A DNA stretch of 34,014 nt, taken from the IMG/VR virus record IMGVR_UViG_2721755658_000002; one strand, 5' to 3'. The position numbers and the translations under genes are program-made. The first letter of the stretch is position 1, and each line of letters begins with the position of its first letter. The notes below the pieces were generated by a model, which was not told the origin of the DNA, searched no databases, and worked only from the letters and a program-made list of their open reading frames with translations. Of the stretch, positions 1 through 8,308 are shown piece by piece. The stretch comes from a virus (taxonomy: Duplodnaviria; Heunggongvirae; Uroviricota; Caudoviricetes).

Positions 1-276
1 GTGGCTTCTGTTTCTATCAGCTGTCCCTCCTGTTCAGCTACTGACGGGGTGGTGCGTAACGGCAAAAGCACCGCCGGACATCAGCGCTATCTCTGCTCTC
101 ACTGCCGTAAAACATGGCAACTGCAGTTCACTTACACCGCTTCTCAACCCGGTACGCACCAGAAAATCATTGATATGGCCATGAATGGCGTTGGATGCCG
201 GGCAACAGCCCGCATTATGGGCGTTGGCCTCAACACGATTTTACGTCACTTAAAAAACTCAGGCCGCAGTCGGTAA
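1..276 (+). CDS. insA: IS1 InsA (GTG start)
   Basis: 91-aa translation [37 protein letters not shown]... matches IS1 InsA as recalled. Confidence 0.93.
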
Positions 277-698
277 CCTCGCGCATACAGCCGGGCAGTG
301 ACGTCATCGTCTGCGCGGAAATGGACGAACAGTGGGGATACGTCGGGGCTAAATCGCGCCAGCGCTGGCTGTTTTACGCGTATGACAGGCTCCGGAAGAC
401 GGTTGTTGCGCACGTATTCGGTGAACGCACTATGGCGACGCTGGGGCGTCTTATGAGCCTGCTGTCACCCTTTGACGTGGTGATATGGATGACGGATGGC
501 TGGCCGCTGTATGAATCCCGCCTGAAGGGAAAGCTGCACGTAATCAGCAAGCGATATACGCAGCGAATTGAGCGGCATAACCTGAATCTGAGGCAGCACC
601 TGGCACGGCTGGGACGGAAGTCGCTGTCGTTCTCAAAATCGGTGGAGCTGCATGACAAAGTCATCGGGCATTATCTGAACATAAAACACTATCAATAA
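195..698 (+). CDS. insB: IS1 InsB transposase reading frame (made as InsAB' fusion by -1 frameshift)
   Basis: 167-aa translation [32 protein letters not shown]... matches IS1 InsB; overlaps insA 3' end in the -1 frame. Confidence 0.92.
252..258 (+). other. A6C slippery motif for IS1 programmed -1 ribosomal frameshift
   Basis: AAAAAAC within the insA/insB overlap (second copy at 27398-27404); the frameshift role is established IS1 biology. Confidence 0.7.
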
Positions 699-708
699 GT
701 TGGAGTCA

Positions 709-1278
709 TTACCACTGCGCCAGTTCGCCAGGCTTCGCGCGGGAATAAATTTTGTTGCCGGAAGCGTCATAAGCAACGATCCTCCCTTCTTCCACTTTGA
801 ATGCCTGCCCGAAGCGGGCTTGTAATAAATCTGCCGGGATCGCAATTTTATCGGCAATATATTTTGAACCCGCAAAACTACCGCCAATCATAGAATCGTA
901 AAGCTGCTTCTCCAGCATCTGAGAGCGTTGCTTTTCTTCATCTAATTGCTGCTGAAAATTTTTCGTAATTTCTGCCTTAACCTGGTCAACCTGTCCCGCA
1001 TCGAGCAGCTTTTTCTGGTCGATTTTTGACAGCATTTCCAGTGCCTCGATCGCCTTCTTCGGGTCTTCGATAGCGGCAAACTTAGCCAGTTTTTCCTCTG
1101 CAGCTTCTTTAGCCAGGCGATGATTTTTTGCCTCGCCATTAAGCTCTGTAATTTTTTTTGTCGCCAGCGGTGCATCGAAGCCAATTTCTTTACCATCGTC
1201 GTGCACATAAACTGGCAGGCCAGCAGTATCAATTTCTGCGTATTGTTTTCCGTTAATCTCGACCGTTTTCAGTTTCAT
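709..1278 (-). CDS. putative head scaffolding-like coiled-coil protein; last codon and stop (TAA 709-711) lie inside the IS1 end, so the native C-terminus is probably lost
   Basis: ORF downstream of the head morphogenesis gene; start taken as ATG 1276-1278 (MKLKTVEING...) because the upstream GTG overlaps a terminator hairpin; K/E/A-rich central region suggests coiled coil. Confidence 0.4.
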   Translation of the reverse strand: MKLKTVEINGKQYAEIDTAGLPVYVHDDGKEIGFDAPLATKKITELNGEAKNHRLAKEAAEEKLAKFAAIEDPKKAIEALEMLSKIDQKKLLDAGQVDQVKAEITKNFQQQLDEEKQRSQMLEKQLYDSMIGGSFAGSKYIADKIAIPADLLQARFGQAFKVEEGRIVAYDASGNKIYSRAKPGELAQW

Positions 1279-1336
1279 ATTAGTACCTGGTTTAAGTCTT
1301 CCGACAGTTACGCTGCTCACCATCCGGATCGCAGCA

Positions 1337-1363
1337 ATAAAAAAGGCCACCCGAAGGTAGCCT
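1337..1363 (-). terminator. intrinsic terminator on minus strand (7-bp stem GGCUACC/GGUGGCC with one G-U pair, UUCG loop, U6 tract)
   Basis: Hairpin then T-run read directly from the minus strand, 20 nt downstream of the head morphogenesis stop. Confidence 0.55.
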
Positions 1364-1382
1364 GTTGTAATAAATGATTTAT

Positions 1383-2498
1383 TTAAATCCCTGCTTTTCT
1401 GAATACCTGTGCATCACGCTCACGGAGCTGCTTCAGCGTCAGCCATTCGCCTTTATCGGTGTAAAATTCATCTGGCGACATACCACCATCCCGAATCAGC
1501 TTTGCTCGGGTTTCCCCCACAATCTGTTTTTGTCTGGTGTAAGGCTGACGCAAAAACCATTCCCTGTAGGTTGTATCTCCGGCCACCACGCCATCCATGC
1601 TGGCCCGCTCAGCCGGGGAAATATCGCGAACATCAATACCCAGTTCCTTCGCTGATTTCAGAATGAACGTTTCCGTTGAGCGGCAGCAGAAATGAATTTT
1701 TCCCGGCCCCTGCAAATAAGGCACGCTGTGACCTACAGGTTTATTATTCAGCGTATATTTGAGGCGATCCCTGATTCGACATTGTGGCGTAGTACGATTA
1801 TCAAGCGTTGATAACCATTGCTTACCCTTAATCAAATCATTATTCGCGCTGGCAAAACTCTCACGGGCAGTAGCAGCAAGATGTCCAACCGCTGTTTTTG
1901 CAATGCTGGCCGCATTAGCCCGGCTCATCTGCAATGCACCATCCTGAAATCCCTTACTGACATGTCCCCGAATTTTTCTTGCGATCTGCTCATTGGTATC
2001 CCCCAGCAAAAAACCCTGACGCACTGTATTTGTTATGCGTCTGAGCCGATCCGCCTCAAGATCTGAGGCCCACTCACTGAGCAGTCGTCCCTGGAATGGT
2101 CGCGCCATTGCAGCGGCATAAAGTGCATCAGGAGAGATACCAACCAGAGGGTGAACATCAGCAACAAAATCAGGTAGCATAGAATCAAACAGACTTAACT
2201 GATAACCAGCCTCATAAATTGCCAGCTCGTTCAGCTCTCCGGAGAGACTGGTAAACATGCTGTTAATAGCAGTGCGGTTAACCTTTCTGACGCTCGCCAG
2301 AAGTGACTCCAGGCGCTTAACGGTAAAATTACCTGGATCGAGGCTGTCCAGTGCTATCAGCAGGCGAGCAGTAAGTTCCGCATCGCTGTCATTCAGTATT
2401 TTCACCATTCTGGCAGCCACGCCAGTGCTATAGCGGGATATCCAGACTGCATGAGCAATTGATTCATCACGCAGCCGTTCATTCACGGTTTGCATCAT
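1383..2498 (-). CDS. phage head morphogenesis / minor head protein (SPP1 gp7 / Mu F-like)
   Basis: 371-aa ORF immediately after the portal gene (20-nt overlap); family assignment from recalled sequence character and position. Confidence 0.65.
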   Translation of the reverse strand: MMQTVNERLRDESIAHAVWISRYSTGVAARMVKILNDSDAELTARLLIALDSLDPGNFTVKRLESLLASVRKVNRTAINSMFTSLSGELNELAIYEAGYQLSLFDSMLPDFVADVHPLVGISPDALYAAAMARPFQGRLLSEWASDLEADRLRRITNTVRQGFLLGDTNEQIARKIRGHVSKGFQDGALQMSRANAASIAKTAVGHLAATARESFASANNDLIKGKQWLSTLDNRTTPQCRIRDRLKYTLNNKPVGHSVPYLQGPGKIHFCCRSTETFILKSAKELGIDVRDISPAERASMDGVVAGDTTYREWFLRQPYTRQKQIVGETRAKLIRDGGMSPDEFYTDKGEWLTLKQLRERDAQVFRKAGI

Positions 2499-3885
2499 TG
2501 ATTTCCATCAGCATTACACTCTGATTTTTTAATTCATCGATCACTTCCTCTGGACGGGAATCCTGATCGATAAATTTCAACGCCTGCAACACCCGAACCG
2601 CATCAATCTGACGTATATCACCGCCCTGACGCAATGACTGAACAGCCAGCGCGGAGGATGAGTCAAACACCTGGGCAGATACATCCAGTTCAGTGCGCAC
2701 ATCCACATTGCCACCGCAACTCTCTCCGATCCATTCCGCCATTATCTGGAGAATATTATCGAGGGCATCTTCGAGGGAGTTCGCCATTGTATAAAGCGGC
2801 GAGTTTTCCTGCATTCGCTCTTCATTAGTCTGATCAACAGATTTGGTGGATGTATTTTCAGCACGCAGAAGTTTAGCGCCGGCATGACGCATCTGATTTT
2901 CCAGCTTCTCAAGTGATGTTTCGCCAGATTCTATCGCTGCGCCACTATGTTCAACATATTCGAGGCCATTTTTTGTTCTGTCCTCAAAAATCGTAGCGGT
3001 GGATGCACCAACCGTCAGTTCTTCATTCCTGTCCAGCCCGTAGGCCACCAGCAATGGAACGCGGGCAACATGAAGAATATTGTCCTGCTCGCTCTGGCTT
3101 TGCCAGTGCTTGATATTCAGCAAGCCAAGATTAAGCAATGGCGGTGTACCACGCATAAATCCTGTTTTCTTCGTGTACAGTGTTACCAGAGGAATATCAT
3201 CACGGCTGGTATTCCATGACTCATGAAGCGTCCAGACAGATTCGCCATTAGTGCCTTCGCTACGTCGATAAATTTCAACTCGACGGGGCATAATATGGCG
3301 GATCTGCTCCACCTTCTTCTGCCCGAAATCATCACCATCAATAATGATGACCTCTTTTATACGCAAATCAGTGAGAACAACTTTCCCTTTTTCAACTTTC
3401 GATTTCCATCCAATAACCTGGCGTGGATTCAGCATCGTAACGTACGGACGACCACCGGTCGCGTTTTCATCGGCTTTTGTACGAATCTCTTTCATATCCG
3501 TTCGTGGATAGTCCACCAGCGCATGTGCCACACCATACTGAAATGCGAGGCTGAAAAATTGCTGCGCCCACACATCCAGTCGGCTCCCCTCCATGTCGAT
3601 ATTTTCTGCATATTCCCTGATTTTTGCCGGCGTTTCCTCACTCAATACTGTCGGCTCTGCAAATATGCGCCCAATATTTTGCTTGATGCTTTCTTCATAC
3701 ACAGGAAGTAGCGTAGCCACAGACAGGCGTTTTTTATAAGCGTCTTCATCTTCGTTAGGCCATTTTGGGAGATAATTTTCCCCCTGCCTGCGCATTTCAA
3801 GCGTACCGCCCATCAGTGCGTCGTTAATATCCCACGCCTCCAGCATATCGTTATAGTCGAGGTTGGGTGTTGATATATCAGCCAT
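2479..3885 (-). CDS. phage portal protein
   Basis: 468-aa ORF between terminase large subunit and head morphogenesis gene; size and synteny. Confidence 0.7.
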   Translation of the reverse strand: MADISTPNLDYNDMLEAWDINDALMGGTLEMRRQGENYLPKWPNEDEDAYKKRLSVATLLPVYEESIKQNIGRIFAEPTVLSEETPAKIREYAENIDMEGSRLDVWAQQFFSLAFQYGVAHALVDYPRTDMKEIRTKADENATGGRPYVTMLNPRQVIGWKSKVEKGKVVLTDLRIKEVIIIDGDDFGQKKVEQIRHIMPRRVEIYRRSEGTNGESVWTLHESWNTSRDDIPLVTLYTKKTGFMRGTPPLLNLGLLNIKHWQSQSEQDNILHVARVPLLVAYGLDRNEELTVGASTATIFEDRTKNGLEYVEHSGAAIESGETSLEKLENQMRHAGAKLLRAENTSTKSVDQTNEERMQENSPLYTMANSLEDALDNILQIMAEWIGESCGGNVDVRTELDVSAQVFDSSSALAVQSLRQGGDIRQIDAVRVLQALKFIDQDSRPEEVIDELKNQSVMLMEINDANRE

Positions 3886-3887
3886 AA

Positions 3888-5195
3888 TTAAATCCGAAGT
3901 GATGTGACTCTTCCGGTCGGTTTGACAATAGGGAATTGCTTAACGATGAAATAACCTCCGGCATCATTCGGGTGATCATTGCCAGATTTTTTATCAGGCT
4001 CCCCCTTCTCATCCCAGACCTGTTGCTCCAGAGATTCGGCATATAACGGGCAACGCTTCACATTAACTTTATAGCGACGCTCACCATTGGCATTGCAGAA
4101 CATTGCATTCATTGAGTTAACGCGATCTTTTACTGGCGGGTTCGAGCTGTTCACCACAACGTTAAAACCAGCCTGCTTAAGCTGGGCTATATCCGTCGTA
4201 CTTGCGTTACTTGATTTTCTGGAATCCCCGGAAGCATCTGGATAAATATAAATTTCCCTCACTTTCCGGTAATCATTCCCATCATACAGCCAGAAGCGTT
4301 CTTTAATGATGCGGATCATATCCGGCGTATCGTAGGCATTGATGATTTCAGTTACCGCACATGGAAGCCCCAAACGCAGCACATGGACGATTCCCGCCAT
4401 CTTTCCAACGTTAAAATCCATCCCAATATAAATCGGCTCCCCTGGCTGCTCCACTTCTTCGCAATTATTCAGTTTCCGGTCAAACTGATGGTAAACAGTA
4501 CCACTTGTCAGGTTAGTAAACTGTCCTCGAAGATAGGCTTTAATCAGCTCTGGAGGGTATGATTCAAGAAGCGAAGGAATGTAATCTGCTGGCAGGTTCT
4601 TTTCATTATCGAAAGTAGATGCCTGCACCAGACCATACAGTGAGGCCAGCTCTGTTTTTTCACGCACGGCTTTAACAAACTGCTCGTAGACAAATTTGAA
4701 TCCTTCCGGCGTGGTTGTAACGTCAATACCGTTGCGAAGTCCATCAATCTTATAACGCATACGTGCAATTATCTTGCGCCACGCCGTTCTGGCTTTTTCC
4801 TTCGGCAAAATGTCCAGTTCATCCACCAACGCATTACCAATTTTGAAACCGACGATCGTTTGTGGCTTCTCCATCGATCTGCAGATAGTGGTTCCCCGAT
4901 ACTGGCGTCCGTAATAAAAGTGAACCTCTTTATTTCCCTCATTAATTTTTACGTTCAATCCCCAGTCAGCAGCAACTTCTTCTACTGTAGGGTAAAAAAT
5001 ATCGCGAATTTGGGGATACGTTGGCGCAAAATATCCCTGATTTATACCTGGATGCTCCCAAATCCCCTTGCATATGCCGCCACACCCAACCCATATTTTG
5101 CCCGAGCCAAAACCAGCAATATAGGCTTTAAATTTATGGGGCATTGAAAGAAATCGCGCCTGAGGCACATTAAGCGTCGGAGAGATCATCTTCAT
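3888..5195 (-). CDS. terminase large subunit
   Basis: 435-aa ORF with Walker-A-like GFGSGK near N-terminus; start set to the first ATG (5193-5195) rather than the GTG at 5198; directly follows the small subunit. Confidence 0.75.
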   Translation of the reverse strand: MKMISPTLNVPQARFLSMPHKFKAYIAGFGSGKIWVGCGGICKGIWEHPGINQGYFAPTYPQIRDIFYPTVEEVAADWGLNVKINEGNKEVHFYYGRQYRGTTICRSMEKPQTIVGFKIGNALVDELDILPKEKARTAWRKIIARMRYKIDGLRNGIDVTTTPEGFKFVYEQFVKAVREKTELASLYGLVQASTFDNEKNLPADYIPSLLESYPPELIKAYLRGQFTNLTSGTVYHQFDRKLNNCEEVEQPGEPIYIGMDFNVGKMAGIVHVLRLGLPCAVTEIINAYDTPDMIRIIKERFWLYDGNDYRKVREIYIYPDASGDSRKSSNASTTDIAQLKQAGFNVVVNSSNPPVKDRVNSMNAMFCNANGERRYKVNVKRCPLYAESLEQQVWDEKGEPDKKSGNDHPNDAGGYFIVKQFPIVKPTGRVTSLRI

Positions 5196-6264
5196 CACTC
5201 CTTACTCTGGCATCAACCACATTAATATTGATCGCCACAGGCTGGGGATGTTCATTATCTTCCACCGTTTCGATCTCTTTGCGCAGCTTCTGGTTTTCCA
5301 TTCTGCGCCGTTCAATTTCCAGTTCCTGTAGCCGTTTATCTGCACATAAAGCCCCGCCAGCAGAAAACAAACGCAACAATTCACGCCGGGCGGCAGCCTT
5401 ATCCTCCAGCAGGATCTCAACGCCGAATTTTCCGAATTTTGCCCCTGCATATAATTGCCGCGCATCCCCATCAAGCAGAGTGGTATCAGCCATATAAAGC
5501 TGTCCCGTTCCCTCACCGCAGCACTTCGGGCAGTCCGGATTGGGTATGGCGTTATCAACAAAGCCGAGGCCTCCATATTCCGGTTCGGGTTTGCCATCTC
5601 TGGAAGCCTGCGCCGCTGCCTTGTCGAATTCTGCTATATCGCGCCACTGGTAGAGATGATTCTCGCCCCAGCAATAACGGCAGTTAACACGGCGAAATTG
5701 TGCAAGCTGATTGGGGTCGGCCAGGACAATAGCCATCAACTGACTCACTAGTAAATCCAGGTCTGCGGTATAGCGTTTCTGGTACTGATTGCGGAAGTAG
5801 CTGATAGCGCGAAAAACCCTGGCATTTCTAAGCATACGACTGGCGTTGCTGTTAGCTGTCGCACCTTGCCCCTCATAACCGGCTAGTCGGTACGCCTCTG
5901 TCGGCTTTTTACCCTGAGCAACAAGCATCGCAAACTTAGCCTGCTGGTCAGAAATGCCGAATTCATCGGGACAGAACGAAAATTCCTCCGCGTCGCCCTC
6001 ATTCAGGCCCGCATCGAATACTGGCTTTTTTTCCTGAGATTTTTCGTTCCGCTTTTGTGCAGTCTGCGCAGATTTTTTCTGCGCACTTTTTTGCGCAGTT
6101 TTGCACATTTCTGTCTGCGCATTTTTCGGAGTTTTTTTGATGTAACGACGGGCTGTTGCGTAATTCAGTCCCCTTGCTTCACACCATGCCACCGGAGATA
6201 TACCGGAGCGGGTGTATTCAGCAATATACTCCTGCTGCAACGCCCCCCAGTCCGGTCTGCTCAT
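5170..6264 (-). CDS. terminase small subunit-like protein with N-terminal HTH-like region and C-terminal Cys4 motif
   Basis: Central segment ...AKFAMLVAQGKKPTEAYRLAGYEGQGATANSNASRMLRNARV... resembles small terminase family motifs; CRYC...CPKCC cysteine pairs; SD AGGA before ATG at 6264. Confidence 0.55.
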   Translation of the reverse strand: MSRPDWGALQQEYIAEYTRSGISPVAWCEARGLNYATARRYIKKTPKNAQTEMCKTAQKSAQKKSAQTAQKRNEKSQEKKPVFDAGLNEGDAEEFSFCPDEFGISDQQAKFAMLVAQGKKPTEAYRLAGYEGQGATANSNASRMLRNARVFRAISYFRNQYQKRYTADLDLLVSQLMAIVLADPNQLAQFRRVNCRYCWGENHLYQWRDIAEFDKAAAQASRDGKPEPEYGGLGFVDNAIPNPDCPKCCGEGTGQLYMADTTLLDGDARQLYAGAKFGKFGVEILLEDKAAARRELLRLFSAGGALCADKRLQELEIERRRMENQKLRKEIETVEDNEHPQPVAININVVDARVRSDEDDLSDA

Positions 6265-6267
6265 CAG

Positions 6268-6519
6268 TTAGTCCTGATTTTTATCCACCCTGAGTAGTTC
6301 GCGCAGAGCAAAGGCATCCCCTTTTCTGGCAAGCTTAAACAATGCCGCTCGTAACTCGGCTTCACCTTTCGCTCTGCCCTTACGGATGGCCGCATAAAAA
6401 TCTGTCATTGCTTCCCGATTTTCTTTCAGTCGGTTCAGATCAACATCCAGAACGTCAGCGATTTGTTGTGCAGTCATCCGGCACGCTGCCAGAGACTCGA
6501 CTTTCGAATACGGAATCAT
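6268..6519 (-). CDS. small hypothetical protein (83 aa)
   Basis: ORF with SD GGGGGTGA 3 nt before the ATG; stop TAA three nt before the small terminase ATG; function unknown. Confidence 0.35.
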   Translation of the reverse strand: MIPYSKVESLAACRMTAQQIADVLDVDLNRLKENREAMTDFYAAIRKGRAKGEAELRAALFKLARKGDAFALRELLRVDKNQD

Positions 6520-7387
6520 TTGTCACCCCCATTGATATGCAGGGTGTCTTCTTCCTGTATTTTTCGTGAAGGATTTTTACTGCAGCGTTGTTCCAGGTGA
6601 CCTGATGGTGAATGCGTTTATGGCTGGCACCCATCAGTGAGATTTTTACGCACGACGGCGCATACATGACGGAGTAAAAACTTTTAACGTAGGTTCCGGA
6701 ATCCAGATACAGCTCGGTCATTCCGCCGCTGTTTTTCTGCGTCTGTTTCTGCCCTAACTGGACAGCACCGATCGTCATAAACAATTCACCACAGCGACCG
6801 AGATTCGTGTACGTATTCACATCCTCGTTAATGCGCCCCATGAATGAGAACGGTCGATCAACCGAACAGATAAAGCTGTTCATTGCCTTGCGTTTCACCC
6901 ACGAAGCATGGCCGCCATTGTCACCAAGAAAATCCCCGCCCTGCGACATAGCGATGGAAAGAGCAGGTATTGATTCGTAGTACGCCAGCATTTCAGAAAG
7001 GATCGCATCCAGTTTCCTTATCGGAAAATAGGCCTGGTCATAGTTGCGATCCACCCGAAACTGGAACTCGTGATAATCATCATCGAGCTGAATGAAGTAT
7101 TTACACCCGACCAGTTTTGCCAGGTCGAAACAGGCATTACGGGCGTAAAAAATTGAGCGGCGGTCACAGAAATTATCGGCTTCGTCAAAACGACTGGCGA
7201 TATCGGCTTTGGAAAACACCAGCACCTGTTCACCAAATTCAGCCATGTACTGATTCCGTGTCTTATCTTCATCATCAACAACGATAAAAATTTTCCCGGT
7301 ATAGCCAGCACGACGCAACGTCCGGTAAGTCAGAACTTTGTCCGGTCGCCCGTGAGTCAGAATAAAGGCGCAAAAATCATCACGCAT
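6455..7387 (-). CDS. GT-A-fold-like (nucleotide-sugar transferase-like) protein, translationally coupled to the upstream ParB-like gene
   Basis: Start ATG 7385-7387 preceded by GAGGAGG and overlapping the ParB-like stop by 8 nt; motifs FILTHGRPD...KIFIVVDDEDKT and LDDDYHEF resemble GT-A DxD signatures; no TM segments evident. Confidence 0.4.
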   Translation of the reverse strand: MRDDFCAFILTHGRPDKVLTYRTLRRAGYTGKIFIVVDDEDKTRNQYMAEFGEQVLVFSKADIASRFDEADNFCDRRSIFYARNACFDLAKLVGCKYFIQLDDDYHEFQFRVDRNYDQAYFPIRKLDAILSEMLAYYESIPALSIAMSQGGDFLGDNGGHASWVKRKAMNSFICSVDRPFSFMGRINEDVNTYTNLGRCGELFMTIGAVQLGQKQTQKNSGGMTELYLDSGTYVKSFYSVMYAPSCVKISLMGASHKRIHHQVTWNNAAVKILHEKYRKKTPCISMGVTNDSVFESRVSGSVPDDCTTNR

Positions 7388-8171
7388 ATTCCTCCTCCTC
7401 ACCACCATGCATGATCTCCACCATGCGCTGCGTCATCCGGACAAATCCATTTTCAATAGCCTGCTGATAATCAATGATCACCAGCGCCGACTCCTCGAAA
7501 AAACACTGAATTTCAGAGGGGGCGTGAGCGTAATAGTCCGCAATTCTGCTGAAATTAAACACCGTGTGACGTTCTGCCGCACACAGGAGGAATTTCTCAA
7601 TATCAGGCTCAAGGGACGCCGAACGTATCCGGCTGATCAGCTCCTGAGTTTTCGTATCGTCGTACAGTTCACTGATATCCGGTTTACCGCCCGACGGCTC
7701 ATAAACAGGCGTATCAATTTTCGTCGTATACGGCTCCTCCTCATTTCCTGTACCGGGCAAAACATCCGTCAACAGTTCATCAATTTCTGTCGGGATGAAG
7801 CCTGTCAGGGAGACATCAAAATCAGCATTGATTAGGTCCGACAGCTCCATCCGCAACAGATCTTCATCCCAGCCAGCATTCATCGGCAGGCGATTATCTG
7901 CCAGGCGGTACGCCTTTTTCTGCTCATCCGTCAGGCCAGACAGAACAATGACCGGAACAGAATCCATTTTGAGCATTTCAGCCGCCATAACACGACCGTG
8001 ACCCGCAATAATTTCGCCCTTTTCGTCAATCAGCACCGGATTAGTCCAGCCGAATTGCTTAATACTTTCTACCAGTTGTGCCACCTGCTCAGGGCTGTGC
8101 GTCCTGGCGTTGTGCGCATACGGTGACAATTCTTGTAATGGGCGATAGACTATCTTTAATTTCTCGCTCAT
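7380..8171 (-). CDS. ParB/Srx N-terminal domain (ParB-like nuclease domain) protein
   Basis: N-terminal KLKIVYRPLQELSPYAHNARTHSPEQVAQLVESIKQFGWTNPVLIDEKGEIIAGHGRVMAA fits the ParB N-terminal domain pattern. Confidence 0.7.
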   Translation of the reverse strand: MSEKLKIVYRPLQELSPYAHNARTHSPEQVAQLVESIKQFGWTNPVLIDEKGEIIAGHGRVMAAEMLKMDSVPVIVLSGLTDEQKKAYRLADNRLPMNAGWDEDLLRMELSDLINADFDVSLTGFIPTEIDELLTDVLPGTGNEEEPYTTKIDTPVYEPSGGKPDISELYDDTKTQELISRIRSASLEPDIEKFLLCAAERHTVFNFSRIADYYAHAPSEIQCFFEESALVIIDYQQAIENGFVRMTQRMVEIMHGGEEEEYA

Positions 8172-8308
8172 ACAGCCTTGCTTTATGAATAAAACGCACC
8201 CCAGCAGCCAGTGCTACTGGGGACGGAGGGGTTGCTGGTAAAGTTAGGTATTGGATCAATGAGTGAGTCAACATAATATTAAACTCACAATTATAAATCA
8301 GCCATATA

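Larger units (their letters stand above)
1..713 (+). mobile_element. IS1: IS1 insertion sequence, copy A (window starts inside the element; right end ...GTTGGAGTCATTACC at 713)
   Basis: insA/insB ORF pair matching canonical IS1 InsA (91 aa) and InsB (167 aa); 1-713 appears identical to 27147-27859 of copy B. Confidence 0.93.

Noticed and set aside
374-887. Minus-strand ORFs of 96 and 84 aa inside and antisense to IS1 insB (and the duplicate at 27520-27810)
   Set aside because: They lie wholly within a well-defined IS1 coding region on the opposite strand and have no recognisable features; treated as chance ORFs.
942-1377. ORFs antisense or overlapping the scaffold-like gene (942-1232 minus, 1120-1377 plus)
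   Set aside because: Overlap a better-supported gene and a terminator hairpin; low-complexity translations.
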